NCBI GenBank assembly: GCA_963833425.1
Contig: CAWHXP010000003.1
Location: 560,182 to 624,181, forward strand
DNA: 64,000 nucleotides
Direction of reading: 5' to 3'
DNA from: an uncultured Methanosarcinaceae archaeon
GTDB lineage: Archaea > Halobacteriota > Methanosarcinia > Methanosarcinales > Methanosarcinaceae
Below, piece by piece: positions 23,888-35,352 of the stretch. The notes beneath the pieces were generated by a model. That model did not search any database. It saw only the letters and a program-made list of their open reading frames with translations, and was not told the DNA's origin. Within the stretch, counting starts at the first letter, position 1; every line of letters begins with the position of its first letter. Both the position numbers and the translations under genes were made by a program.

Positions 23888-26692
23888 ATGTCTATGGATT
23901 TTCAGATCTTGGACGCAGATTATGAAATCGTTAATAACAGTAGTCCTGTCATCCGCCTCTTTGGCAGGGGAGCTGACGGAAATAGTATTTGTTGCTTTGT
24001 CCCTGATTTTGAGCCTTATTTTTATCTCAAAGCTTCTGGAGACCTGCATGACATATCAAGACTTATAGAGGATACTTTTGACCAGGTCAAAAGGGTGGAA
24101 ATAGTAGAAAAATTTGAGCCTGTAGGGTACCAAAAATCAAAAAAAAAGATTCTCAGAATTACTACCCATTTGCCAAGGGATGTGGCAGAAATCAGAACTG
24201 AGATTCTTAAGATACAAGGAGTCGTGAAAGCTGAAGGCAAATGGGAAATTTATGAAAGTGATATCCTTTTCAGAAATCGTTTTTTAATTGATAGAGGTCT
24301 TGGTGGTATGGTCTGGATTTCTGCGGAAGGAAAACCTATAAACCCCACTCGACACTCCAGGACAGGTTCTGCAGGCAATTCTCTTTGTGAGAACTATGTA
24401 TGTAATGCCGGAGTACTCGCATCCGAGCTGAAGAAAATCGAAAGCATGAGAATTGCTCCTCTTAAGTATCTCTCTTTTGATATAGAATGTCTGCCTCTTG
24501 ATGGAGGAATGCCTTCCCCAGATTTGTCTCCTATAATCATGATCAGCTTTTCCTTCGAGCCCGCATATAAAGACCATAAAACTCTAATTTTGGTGGCAAA
24601 GACTGTAGAAGGTATGGATGAAGATGTTGAGCCCTGTAAGAATGAAACAGAAATGCTAAATCGTTTTTTTCAAATTTTTTGCGAATACGATCCTGATATA
24701 GTTGTAGGCTATAATCACCAAGACTTCGATATCCCTTACATTACGGATAGAGTCAAAGCGCTTATTGTAAAAGGAGAGACAATCAATCCATTTGTGGGCA
24801 AGGATGGTAGCCAGATCGGGTACCGAAAGTTCGGGCTCATTACTCGAACTGAAATCAGAGGCCGGGTAGTTGTGGACGCTCTTCCTCTTGTTAGAAGAGC
24901 TTTCAGCCTGAAGCAGTATACTCTGAGAGCTGTTTCAAAGGAGCTTTTGAACCGTGAGAAGCTTGATGTCCCTCCCCTGGAGATGGAAGAATATTGGATC
25001 GATTCAGGAGCTAAATTCAAAAAATTTGTCGACTATGCAAGAAGAGACTCTGAACTTGCCCTTGAACTTATCCTTAAGCTTAAGCTTCTTGACAAATATA
25101 TCGCTCTTGCTCGAGTAAGTGGGAGTCTTCTACAGGAGATTGTTGATGGAGGGCAAACTTCAATGGTTGAAAATCTCCTCCTAAGGGAGTTCGCTCTTAG
25201 GGATAGGGTAATTCTTCCAAAGCCTGGGGACGAACTTTCAGCTGAGAGGTACGACTTGAATTCGGGGCTAAAAGGCGGTGAAGTACTCGAGCCAAAGAAA
25301 GGTCTTCTGGAAAATGTGTTAATTCTAGATTACAAATCGCTTTACCCAACTATTATGATGGCACATAACCTCTGCTACACCACCGTAGTTACAGGAGACA
25401 GGCCTGATGGTAAAATCATCCAGTCTCCCTCGGGAGGAGAATTTGTGTCTCCTGAGGTCAGTAGGGGGATCATACCTTCAATTCTCGAAGACCTGCTTAA
25501 CCAGAGGATTGAGACAAAGAATAAAATGAAAGAGGTATCTAATGAGCATGATTATGAAGTACTTGACGCTACTCAGCTTGCCCTGAAAATCCTCCTCAAC
25601 AGTTTCTATGGATATTCTGGATATGCTAGGGCAAGGTTATATAGTTTAACTCTCGCGAATGCAGTAACCAGTTTCGGAAGAAGTAACATACTCAACACTC
25701 GGGATATTATTAATAATTCTATAGGTAAAATAGTACTCATGGACACAACAGCACTACTTCTTAATGAAGCCGGAAAACTTTCTCCTTCAGATAGAGTAGT
25801 AGAACTGTCAGTTGCCTATGGGGATACAGATAGCGTTTTTGTGCAATGCACGTCTAATGGAGCCCTTTCTCTTGAAGAGGTTAGTCTTGTTGGGAACAGA
25901 CTTTCAGATATCGTTTCTGCATCTCTGCCTGACCCTATGGAGCTAGAATTTGAATCTATTGCAAAAAGAGCTCTCCTTATCGCAAAAAAGCGCTATGCTC
26001 TCTGGCTTTTTGAGCCAACGAATTCTGGTTGGTCGGATCACATCAAAGTTAAGGGTATGGAAACTGTCCGCAGGGACTGGTGCGAACTTACATCCATGAC
26101 ACTTAACAGGGTTCTTGAACTTGTACTTATAGCAGGTGATGTTGATAGAGCTGTAGAACACGTCCGTAAGGTAGTCAGCGAGATCAGGAATCTTGACCCA
26201 AGAAGAGATTCGAAAACTATTGAATATCTTGTGCTTACCAGGACACTTACAAGAAAAAAAGACAGCTACAAAAATAAACAACCACATCTAACTGTTGCAG
26301 AAAACCTAATGAAACGGACTGGTGTCATGCCTTCGATAGGGACAAGGATTCCTTTTGTCATTATCGCAGGAAAAGGCCTTTTCGTAGATCGGGCTGAGGA
26401 TCCAGAGTATGTAAGGGAGCACAATGTGCCTATAGATGTAGATTATTATATAAAAAAGCAAATTTTACCCCCTGTAGACCGCATTTTTGAGGTATTTGGA
26501 ACAAAGAAACAGTCACTTGACTATGATTCTAGACAAAAAGGGATTTTTGATTTTGAGGCGAAGAAATCTGAAGTAAAAAAACCGGAAAAGGAAAAATATT
26601 CCTCTAAAAAGGAGAGTGATATGAAAACTCTGGAAAAAAGTAAATGTTTGGAGAATGGATATTTAGACCAGAGTTCCCTATTCGATTTTTAA
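23888..26692 (+). CDS. polB: family B DNA polymerase
   Basis: Exonuclease FDIE and YNHQDFDIPY; polymerase LDYKSLYP, KILLNSFYG, YGDTDS, KKRY; C-terminal PIP QSSLFDF; no intein. Confidence 0.97.
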   Translation: MSMDFQILDADYEIVNNSSPVIRLFGRGADGNSICCFVPDFEPYFYLKASGDLHDISRLIEDTFDQVKRVEIVEKFEPVGYQKSKKKILRITTHLPRDVAEIRTEILKIQGVVKAEGKWEIYESDILFRNRFLIDRGLGGMVWISAEGKPINPTRHSRTGSAGNSLCENYVCNAGVLASELKKIESMRIAPLKYLSFDIECLPLDGGMPSPDLSPIIMISFSFEPAYKDHKTLILVAKTVEGMDEDVEPCKNETEMLNRFFQIFCEYDPDIVVGYNHQDFDIPYITDRVKALIVKGETINPFVGKDGSQIGYRKFGLITRTEIRGRVVVDALPLVRRAFSLKQYTLRAVSKELLNREKLDVPPLEMEEYWIDSGAKFKKFVDYARRDSELALELILKLKLLDKYIALARVSGSLLQEIVDGGQTSMVENLLLREFALRDRVILPKPGDELSAERYDLNSGLKGGEVLEPKKGLLENVLILDYKSLYPTIMMAHNLCYTTVVTGDRPDGKIIQSPSGGEFVSPEVSRGIIPSILEDLLNQRIETKNKMKEVSNEHDYEVLDATQLALKILLNSFYGYSGYARARLYSLTLANAVTSFGRSNILNTRDIINNSIGKIVLMDTTALLLNEAGKLSPSDRVVELSVAYGDTDSVFVQCTSNGALSLEEVSLVGNRLSDIVSASLPDPMELEFESIAKRALLIAKKRYALWLFEPTNSGWSDHIKVKGMETVRRDWCELTSMTLNRVLELVLIAGDVDRAVEHVRKVVSEIRNLDPRRDSKTIEYLVLTRTLTRKKDSYKNKQPHLTVAENLMKRTGVMPSIGTRIPFVIIAGKGLFVDRAEDPEYVREHNVPIDVDYYIKKQILPPVDRIFEVFGTKKQSLDYDSRQKGIFDFEAKKSEVKKPEKEKYSSKKESDMKTLEKSKCLENGYLDQSSLFDF

Positions 26693-27039
26693 GTTTATAC
26701 TGCTGGTTTAATTACCTAAACTCCAGCTTTGGTAAAATAAGATCATTAGCCTTTCTATTGAAAATTTGCAGGGCAAATTTTTTGGAGTGCTTTTAAATTA
26801 TTGCGGCCATTGAAATTGTTTTCCCATTTGAGTATGGGTTGTCAATTAAACGTTTTTAGAAATTTCAAATAATTATCAATAGATTCATTTTTGGTCTTTG
26901 GGCTAATCGCGATCGAATTTTGGCAGTATCCACTAATCGCTAATGAAAAAATATCCTTCATTTAGCTAAGTTGATTTGGAAAAAATTATTTTAATAGAAA
27001 AAGCTCACACTTCTCCCATAAAAGAATTCCCATTTTTAT

Positions 27040-27560
27040 TACAATTAAACTACCAATATTGTCAAATTTAGCAAAAATTTACTTTCTGAGTTTTATTTAT
27101 GAAGTTGATTGTAAGTTTCAAGTCCTTCATTCTTTTATGAATTTTGTAGACCCTTGTTTAATCTCCGCGAATTCGTATATCATTAGTTAGTATGTGTAGT
27201 AAAGCCAAGAGAATAGCTCCACAAACACTATTTTATGACCCCATTCTTAATGGTTTAAACGAATTTTTAATCAGTTGAATACCTCCTTAGTATAATCCTT
27301 TTTTATATATTCCAGATACTTTCACAAGATCAAATATTCATTTGATTGTAGACAAAAAAATTATTCTCTTCAATTTATTATCGAATATTTATGGAATTCA
27401 ATTACCTCTAATAACTAATTTTTTCAAGCGAGTCCTGAAAGAGTAAGCAATTTAGATAACTCACTTTGAGTCTAAATTTCTTGGAAAGCCCTTTATGAGT
27501 CATGATCACTACCTTGACCCCTTTTGCCTTATATAATTTTTTCATAAAAGTTCTTGCTTT
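27040..27560 (-). pseudogene. probable IS1634-like transposase C-terminal remnant
   Basis: Reverse strand gives decayed FKPLRMG..NSVCGAILLAL...IYEFAEIKQGSTKFIK...IFAKFD segments with stops and shifts, recalling Methanosarcina IS1634 C-termini from memory. Confidence 0.45.
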
Positions 27561-28439
27561 TGATTTCAACTTCTTCTATAAATATTCTGAAAACTAAAAA
27601 AGTTAATTGATGCTTAACTTGATGATTTTAGCCCCATCTATCCATTTTTCGGAATCTACATGTTTAACTTTTTCTTGTCAGATATTTCAATTATCTTAGA
27701 GAATTCATACAAACTTCTAATATTCACGAGTTATTTTATATATCATATATAGACATATATATAAAATTAAGAAGGTTAGTTGAATCCTTTATATCATCAC
27801 TTGCACTCAGTTTCATGAAAATAGAGACTCAATACTTTCGTTTTACAAAAGTTCAACATTATATGCGTACTAGCTCCTTTGGTAAAAAAATGATAAGTAG
27901 ATTTTTTTGAGCCAATTTTTCACCTAATTATAGGTGCTCAAAAAAATGCTGTAGGTAAAGAACGTTCCATCTATTCACTATTAACCCTGATAGGTATATT
28001 TATGGGATTCTTGATAAAAGGATTGAAAAAGACAAAATTCACATGATAGGAACGTACATATTCTTGCGAGGATTTTGATTTACTTCCAATTTTTTTCTTC
28101 GCGGTAACGCTTTCAAATCTTTTTCGTCAATTCCTGTATTTGACCCTCTCTTTTTCTTTTCTTGTCATAATTCTTTGTTTTTAAAGTAGCTCCCACTATT
28201 CTTAAAATATTTTTTTATTTTCAATTTAATAAAATTGTAGAGATTGTAACAAAAATCCTGCACAACGTTTTCAAGTTCACTGTTTGAAAGATATTTACAA
28301 GAACCTTTCCTTATTTAGATATCTCTCTAGTTATTTCATAAATTAGTTTTTATGGGGCTTTTTTCATCTAATTTTTACCCAGTTATATTTGTTCATATCT
28401 ATAATATTCAAGTAGTATGGAAAGAAACCTTTTATCAGA

Positions 28440-29141
28440 TCAAACTTCACTCCTTTTATTAACTTTTGATTCTTCGTCACCTGGTAAAAACTTTCTCGCT
28501 ACAACATAAATTTCTTGTTTTTCCGAATCAATGATTTTTTGAATTTCAAGTCCCAAGTTTTTCATTTTGTTCAGGATGGGTTTAAGATTTTTCTGTTTAG
28601 AACTCTTGATTACATGAAGCAATTTCCCATTTCCTCTAAGCAGGGGCAATACTCGAGAAAGCACCTTAATAGAGTCCTCAGGCTCTATTGTTATGTCAAA
28701 AAGAATAACATCAACCAATTCATTTGAGAGTAAATTAAGGGGTACAGTGAAGATATCTCCAAACATTACATCAACATTTTCCCTTTCATACGTTATATTT
28801 CTAAGTTCTCTTCTAAAGCATTGACTGAATTCGATTCCTTTTACACGACCTGCAATCTCAGACGCAAAAAGAAGAAATCCGCCTGCACTTGATCCAAGGT
28901 CAAGAACTATGTCACCCGGATCTAGAATACCACTTTTTTCCTGAACAAGCTTGAGCTTGAAATATCCCTTTGGATGGTCCAGACCCTCAGCAACTTCAAT
29001 AATATCGTCAGCAGATACATCTCTTGATATTTTCGTTACCTTTAAGCCATTAACTTTAACATTTCCTTCAAGAATAGCAAGCTTGGATCGCCCTCTTGAC
29101 TTAAAATGGCCCGATTCTACAAGGTATGCGTCTAGTCTCAT
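28440..29141 (-). CDS. TlyA-like RNA methyltransferase (S4 plus FtsJ domains)
   Basis: MRLDAYLV...SRGRSKLAILEGNVKVNG (S4); GYFKL and VLDLGSSAGGF (SAM-binding). Confidence 0.85.
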   Translation of the reverse strand: MRLDAYLVESGHFKSRGRSKLAILEGNVKVNGLKVTKISRDVSADDIIEVAEGLDHPKGYFKLKLVQEKSGILDPGDIVLDLGSSAGGFLLFASEIAGRVKGIEFSQCFRRELRNITYERENVDVMFGDIFTVPLNLLSNELVDVILFDITIEPEDSIKVLSRVLPLLRGNGKLLHVIKSSKQKNLKPILNKMKNLGLEIQKIIDSEKQEIYVVARKFLPGDEESKVNKRSEV

Positions 29142-29937
29142 GGAACATTGTATCGAAAGATCTTGTATATATAGATAGCAAGCATGTAGTTATGGAAAAG
29201 AGAGAAAGGAAAATGTAGGAAATAATTAGCAGAAGAGGACATACTTCCAAAAGTAGTTCGGTTCAGAAAAACTATAAGTATTTTCTGGTATTCCTTTGGT
29301 AAGAAGAAAAATTCTCTTCGCTGTTCTGTGAGAGGCGGGAATTAACTTTTGAATTTATATGGACGAGGGACAAAATAATTTATATGCGAGCTTGTGACGA
29401 TTATTGAGGCTATAGATAGTTAAGTATTTATTGATGTTTTTTACAGTTCAGCTTTGTAAGCCATAATTACATGACTTGCAGTGAGATTTACCAAGCTGGC
29501 CAGCCTACAAAACTATTTTCTTCGTGTACTTATGCACGCTCAACATTCAGATAATCGTTTTGAGATGACAAATGTAATACGGTTTTGCAGCTGATTTCAT
29601 GATTGAGGATTCTGGAAGTGCAGTTGCAGACAATAAAATCGTGCTGATTAATACAAAGAATATTCCAATATCATTTCCATTAACACACAATCTTTCGAGT
29701 ATTATTTTGATAGTATCACTGAATGATAGTCTAAGTTCCAAAATCAACTGTTTTTTTAATTTCATATTTTATTGTTCCAATATCAGAAACTAACATTAAA
29801 ATTTTCATATAACTATTATTTTTCCATAAGTATAATTACAAATTTCTTCCCCAAAAGTTCCGACCTCTAGTAAAGATGTTTTTATAAGATTCAGACAGGA
29901 AATATTGTCATCATCATAGTTCTCCATATATACATTT

Positions 29938-30948
29938 TTAATTATGGGTGACTGCAACTCCTACCGGCCTTCTCCCTACATGCACTGTGGATGTAACCAT
30001 GTTTGTTGCTGTATCTATTACAGAAACAGTAGCTTCTCCAGCATTTGCGACGTATACCTTTGTCCCGTCTGGATCCACTGCAACTCCAAGAGGAAAGTTT
30101 CCCACCTTCACTGTGGATGTAACCTTATTTGTTACAATGTTAATCACAGAAACATTTTGGCTGAAGAAGTTGGCCACGAATACCTTTTTTCCATCTGGAC
30201 CCACGGCAACTCCCTTTGGTTCATTCCCGACCTTCACCGTAGATACAACCTTATTTGTGTTTGTATCAATTACAGAAACAGTACCTGTAGTATTGTAGAT
30301 GTTTGAATTCGTCACGTATACTTTTGTTCCATCAGGGACGATTGCAACTCCCGAAGGTTTTTGGCCGACATCTACGGTGGCTGTAATTTTGTTTGTACCT
30401 GTATCAATTATAGATACGTTGTTGCTACCGTGGTTCACCACATATACTTTTGTTACTGCTGGGTTAACTGCAACTCCAAAAGGATTGGTGCCTACTTTCA
30501 CTGTAGCTGTAACTTTGTTTACGTTTGTATCAATCACAGAGACAGTATTATCACCGCTGTTCGCTACATATACTTTTGTTCCATCATAAGTAGTAGCAAC
30601 TCCCCTAGGATGGATTCCTACGGGCACCACGCCTATAGAATTGTTAATATTTGCCGTATGAATTACAAAAACGGCGTTTTCGATGGGATTTGTAAAATAT
30701 ACCTTTGTTCCATCAGGGATGATTGCAACTTCGAAGGGAAAGTGAGGAGATTCTAAATTTGCCGTAGCTGTAATTTTGTTTGTGGATGTGTTAATTACAG
30801 AGACTGTATTGCTGCCAGAGTTCGTAATATAAGCAAATGGCAATGCGCCTGAGGTACTCATTAGTATTAAAAGCACCAGCACTGCTGTTCCTAAAATTTT
30901 TATAAGGAGATGTCCTTTGTGTATTTTATCCCATCTCATTTTTTTCAT
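29938..30948 (-). CDS. secreted YVTN beta-propeller repeat surface protein
   Basis: Signal peptide followed by seven ~42-aa repeats (PDGTKVYVAN..NTVSVIDT..KVTATVKVG..P.GVAV). Confidence 0.93.
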   Translation of the reverse strand: MKKMRWDKIHKGHLLIKILGTAVLVLLILMSTSGALPFAYITNSGSNTVSVINTSTNKITATANLESPHFPFEVAIIPDGTKVYFTNPIENAVFVIHTANINNSIGVVPVGIHPRGVATTYDGTKVYVANSGDNTVSVIDTNVNKVTATVKVGTNPFGVAVNPAVTKVYVVNHGSNNVSIIDTGTNKITATVDVGQKPSGVAIVPDGTKVYVTNSNIYNTTGTVSVIDTNTNKVVSTVKVGNEPKGVAVGPDGKKVFVANFFSQNVSVINIVTNKVTSTVKVGNFPLGVAVDPDGTKVYVANAGEATVSVIDTATNMVTSTVHVGRRPVGVAVTHN

Positions 30949-31124
30949 TTTTAAACCTCAGCACATAGATTTCTATTCAATAATGTAAAAAATGTATCAT
31001 TGTGTATTAATGATCTAAGATCACTGTCTGCCTATGTACACAAGAATGAACAGTATTGTAAATTTGATGTAAATTCGAAGTCAAATTTTTGTTTGCTGAC
31101 TTTAATTGAGTCTTTTGTCCTAGC

Positions 31125-32166
31125 ATCTATTGGCAGCAATCGGGAATCGCATGAAGATTTAGTCTTAAATATTTTGCTCTTCATTAAGTACACCCTCTCA
31201 AAAGTCCACAAAAATGCCATTAAACAATCGATAAATGAATTCTGCATATATGTAAATTCATAGGCTGCGCAAAGAAAGCTGTAAGTCGGTACGAAAAATA
31301 TAAACATTGGAGTGAAAATATCTGAAATTTACATTCTATAAACTCGGTTCAGGAAATTTAAATATAGAATTGACCCCTAAAATTATTTCACTCTAAATGA
31401 GCTGATATATCATAACTCAAAATTTATTTATCGAATCTTATATTCCGAATAATCAATCGAATCATGATCATGAAAACAGTTCGGAAAGTTTTTAAGATTA
31501 CGTGATTAATAGTTCTGGAGGATCTGCTTGCTTGTAAGTATCTTTCACTTATTGTGTTACCTATTATATTGTGGGATGAAATAGGTTTTAGCTTCAAATA
31601 AAACACATATACAAGCAAACAATATCCCATTTCCTTGTGATACTATTTATATTTATCTTAAATTGTAACTTTGTTTCAAAATACATTTTCAGACTGAACT
31701 ATGCAACGAATTTCAAGATTTCCAAGGAAGTTAATGTTGGGTAAGAAATATGCAGTTCTGCATTAACCAAAGGATTTTACAGAAATTCTGATCAAAATAA
31801 TAAAGCTCTTCTTTATTTTGAGTGAACAATTTAAAATCATTTTTTAAACGTGATATAACACAAAAAAAATAATTGAAAACATTCTGTGCGAAAAATAGAT
31901 TCTGAATCGGTAATTTGTCTTTGGTTTAGCCACTTTAAGTAAAAAATTATTTTCAACCCACGCAAAACATCGAAGAGCAATCTCATGTATGCATATCACC
32001 AGGTTATCCGCAGTAAACTATGCATTTGCCTTTTTACTTGTTACATATCCGGCTGCAAGCTTAATCTTCTTTGAAATAGCTTTTAAATAAAACTTTGATT
32101 TTCACGAATTTATTATATACAATTTATGAGCATGCGACTGAATTTAAGAATTTGTCGAAATCCTCT
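31125..32166. repeat. ~1 kb diverged direct repeat, copy A
   Basis: Aligns by eye with 33701-34779 throughout (ctataaactcggttcaggaa, ttatttcactctaaatgagctgat, tcgaatcttatattccgaataatc, ttgtgggatgaaatagg); ends in a family-A MITE. Confidence 0.85.
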
Positions 32167-32169
32167 ATA

Positions 32170-32380
32170 GGCCTAGTTTCTCTAGATATAGTTATCTACG
32201 CTAGCTTCTGAAAGGTCGCTCTGATATTCTAGAAACTGCTCTCTAGTGATTTAGTTTTTCTAAGATTAGCTCTCTCATTGTTTGCCCACACAAGGTAAGC
32301 TCCTTTAAAGTTGGCTCCATGAAAATTAGCTTTTATCAAATAGGCTGCTTTTAAATTAGCTTCTCTAAGATTAGCTCCTT
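32170..32380 (-). pseudogene. pentapeptide repeat protein remnant
   Basis: ANLREANFKAAYLIKANFHGANFKGAYLVWAN... Confidence 0.75.
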
Positions 32381-32619
32381 AAAGTAATAGAATTAGAAAA
32401 TAACATGACAAATAAAAAAAGATTAGAAATTACTATATTCAATAAAAGTTAAAACTATCATCTTTAACAGAAGTCTTACGCTTTTAATATTTTCTTCAAT
32501 CGTTAATATATAAAAGATAGCAACTTTTTAACTCGTAACGCCGCTACACTGCAATTATTTTATGTTCTTGCCATTATAGGTGACAATTATGGGCCTCTGA
32601 AAAGGTGAAGGGTTTATCT

Positions 32620-32920
32620 TATAAATAAACAAGCATGTTCTTTCTGAATGAATCAAGAATTTCTTCGTATAATTCCGCATTAGAGAGTGTTTTTACTTTA
32701 GATAGCAGTTCAATTGTTAATTTGTGAACACCTTTAAGGTGAGCCTCTTCAAGATTATACATCATGAGGGGGTTACCCCCCACAAGATTACCTTTTCAAA
32801 GTGAGCATCTCTAAGACCAAAGGTTAGCCTGGAAGATTAGCTTCTTCAAGGTTAGCTACCTTAAGATCAACCCCTTTAAAGTTAGCCTTCTCAAGACTAA
32901 CTTCTGTAAGATCAATAATT
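32620..32920 (-). pseudogene. pentapeptide repeat protein C-terminal remnant
   Basis: DLTEVSLEKANFKGVDLKVANLEEANL...NLEEAHLKGVHKLTIELLSKVKTLSNAEL, frameshifted. Confidence 0.75.
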
Positions 32921-32988
32921 AAATAACTTCTTCATTTACCACGAATTTTTGTCCTTTAACAATTGTGAAATAAAACAAACACTATCGT

Positions 32989-33269
32989 CTGATGGGTGAC
33001 GCTAAGTATCACTGCAATCGCTGTGTAGATACCTGTAGCTGCGGAAAGAAAGTTGTGGACTGTAAGCCCAGCCATCTGGGTAAAATAACTTGCTGCCGTT
33101 TCACCACTGTAGATCTGCCAGTTTGTATTAGTGACAAAGCTAGATGCGGTGTTGATGGCAAAACTTATATTAAAAGCCCCGAATTTTTGTGGGTTAAGAG
33201 GCAGAGAATCTTGAAAAAGAAGAATTACAGGAGAACTACAAAACCTATACCATTAAATATGAGCATATC
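32989..33269 (-). pseudogene. kdpA: inverted internal fragment of kdpA
   Basis: Reverse complement aligns to 35563-35844; 33068-33227 matches 35606-35765 with one mismatch. Confidence 0.95.
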
Positions 33270-33348
33270 CCCTAGTAGCTCCGCTATCAATCTGTTTATC
33301 AAAATCATGGAATGTGCGGCCCATATGCGATATTGTCACGAAGACTTT

Positions 33349-33618
33349 TCATCCACCGTTTTTCAACGCCTTCATTAGCTCGCTTTTTATAAGATTCTGC
33401 AAATACACATCATCACAGCAACCTTTTGCAAGCTTTTCGTCCTTCAAGCATATGTTGACTATTTTACTGTGTGTATTTTCATCTATGCATGCAATCTCGA
33501 GGAGCACAAGAACTGTAGCAATTGCCAGTCCTATCTCTTTCATGAGATCGGTATCTCGTTTCACTTGTCCTACTAATTCGTCAAGTTCAGGATCTATGTT
33601 AAAATCCAATTCATCCAT
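33349..33618 (-). CDS. hypothetical protein (89 aa)
   Basis: Purine-rich SD-like agagagggt before ATG MDELDFNIDPELDELV; open frame with natural composition. Confidence 0.5.
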   Translation of the reverse strand: MDELDFNIDPELDELVGQVKRDTDLMKEIGLAIATVLVLLEIACIDENTHSKIVNICLKDEKLAKGCCDDVYLQNLIKSELMKALKNGG

Positions 33619-33700
33619 ACCCTCTCTCCTCTGTTGAATCAAGTACAAATTTTTAGTTCGAAACCACAGTTCACAGCTATTGATTAGTTTGAAATTTTAT

Positions 33701-34779
33701 TCTATTGCCTATAAACGGCAATATAAAAGCGTATGGAGATTTAGGTTTTAAATACTTTGCTCTTCGTTAAGTACAACCTTCTCAAAAGTCCACAAAATAC
33801 ACCAAACAATCGATAAATAGATTCTACACAAATGTGAACCCATAGACTGAGCAAATAAAGCTGAGAGGTAGTATAAAAAAATATGAAAATTGAAATAAAA
33901 ATATCTAACATTAACTTTCTATAAACTCGGTTCAGGAAGTTTTTAACTATTCCTAATTATCAATTAAAATTTCCTGAATTCATAATATCGAGTTGATCCC
34001 TAAACTTATTTCACTCTAAATGAGCTGATGTCATAACTCAGAATTTGCTTCTCGAATCTTATATTCCGAATAATCGATCAAATCCTGATCTTGAAAACAA
34101 TTCGGAAAGCTTTTAGGATTACGCGAAGAATAGCTTTGGAGGATTGGCTTGCTTGTAAGTATTATATCACCTAGTGTGCTACCTATTAAATTGTGGGATG
34201 AAATAGGTTATAGACTCAAATAAGGATATTCTACAAGCAAGCAATGTCCCCTTTCCTTCTAATAGAATTTATAGTTGTCCCTATACAAAATTTTATTTTA
34301 AAAGTCTTTTTTCTATTGAACTTTGCAACGAATCTCGAGATTTTCAAGGAAATTAACAACTATATACTAGATATGCCATTATGCCTCAGCCAAAGTATTG
34401 TTATAGAAATTCTGCTCGAAATAATGAAGCTCTTCGTCAGTTCGAGTAAGAATTTAAAATCACTTTTTAAATGTGAATAGCGCAAAAAAATATTTTAAAA
34501 CATTCTGTGTGAAAAATAGCAGTCTGAATTGGTAATTATCCTTGGTTTAGTCACTTTAAGTGAAAAATTATTTTCAAATTACACAAAACACCGAAGAGCC
34601 CTCTCATGCATGCAAATCATCTGGTTATTTCAGTAAACTCTGCATTTGCCTTTTTGGATATATCTGTCCACAAGCCTGATCTTCTTTCCCATAGTTTTTA
34701 GATGAACCTTTGATTTTCACGAATTTGGATATCCAATTTATGAGCATTTGACTAAATTTAAGAATTCATCGAAATTTTC
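33701..34779. repeat. ~1 kb diverged direct repeat, copy B
   Basis: Partner of 31125-32166. Confidence 0.85.
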
Positions 34780-35099
34780 CAAAAATACAAATTTTGAGTT
34801 TCTGGATTGGAAATATCAGAACTTAAGCACCGAAGATGCAAAACACGGGTAATAAAGACTATTGTTTAAATTTAAATTTGGGTAGTTAAAAGCTTAAATG
34901 CTTCTTATATTTCAGTTCAAGTACTTTAGCCCAATAATTTCAGGTATTCCATATCGCTAAACTCAAAAGATATACAATTTATTTGCCTATTTGCCAATGT
35001 TATCCATCAAAGGATGAGAAATATTTTCAAATAATTACCTCATCGAGAAATTATATGTCGCCTGTCTGGACTTTAGGAAAAGCTGAATTTATTGTAGAA

Positions 35100-35152
35100 T
35101 AAACTATTTATATTTTAATAGTCAATCGGTTTCCGATTGCTGCCTATAGGCA
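35100..35152 (+). promoter_or_regulatory. candidate kdp promoter: TATA-like box followed by two palindromes
   Basis: tttatat at ~35107; caatcgg-ttt-ccgattg (35123-35139); tgcctataggca (35141-35152). Confidence 0.4.
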
Positions 35153-35352
35153 ATAGGATAAAATTTCAAACTAATATAACAGCTGTGAACTGTGGTTTCG
35201 GACTAAAAATTTGTACTTGATTCATTTGAGGTTCAATAACCACTGAAAACACTTAAAAAGATAAATGCAAAAATAGTTTTTCCATATCTCTGTTTTCAGC
35301 GGTTCATGTTTAGGTTAAATTTAGTAAAGAAATTTTGGTACTTGATTATAAA

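Noticed and set aside
23888..26692. Possible intein in polB
   Set aside because: Polymerase motifs are uninterrupted apart from short inserts, with no intein termini
29938..30948. ~126-bp periodic repeats as a possible CRISPR-like array
   Set aside because: They are coding YVTN propeller repeats with no repeat-spacer structure
32989..33269. kdpA copy as a DGR template/variable repeat pair
   Set aside because: Mismatches are mostly synonymous and not adenine-specific, and there is no reverse transcriptase in the window
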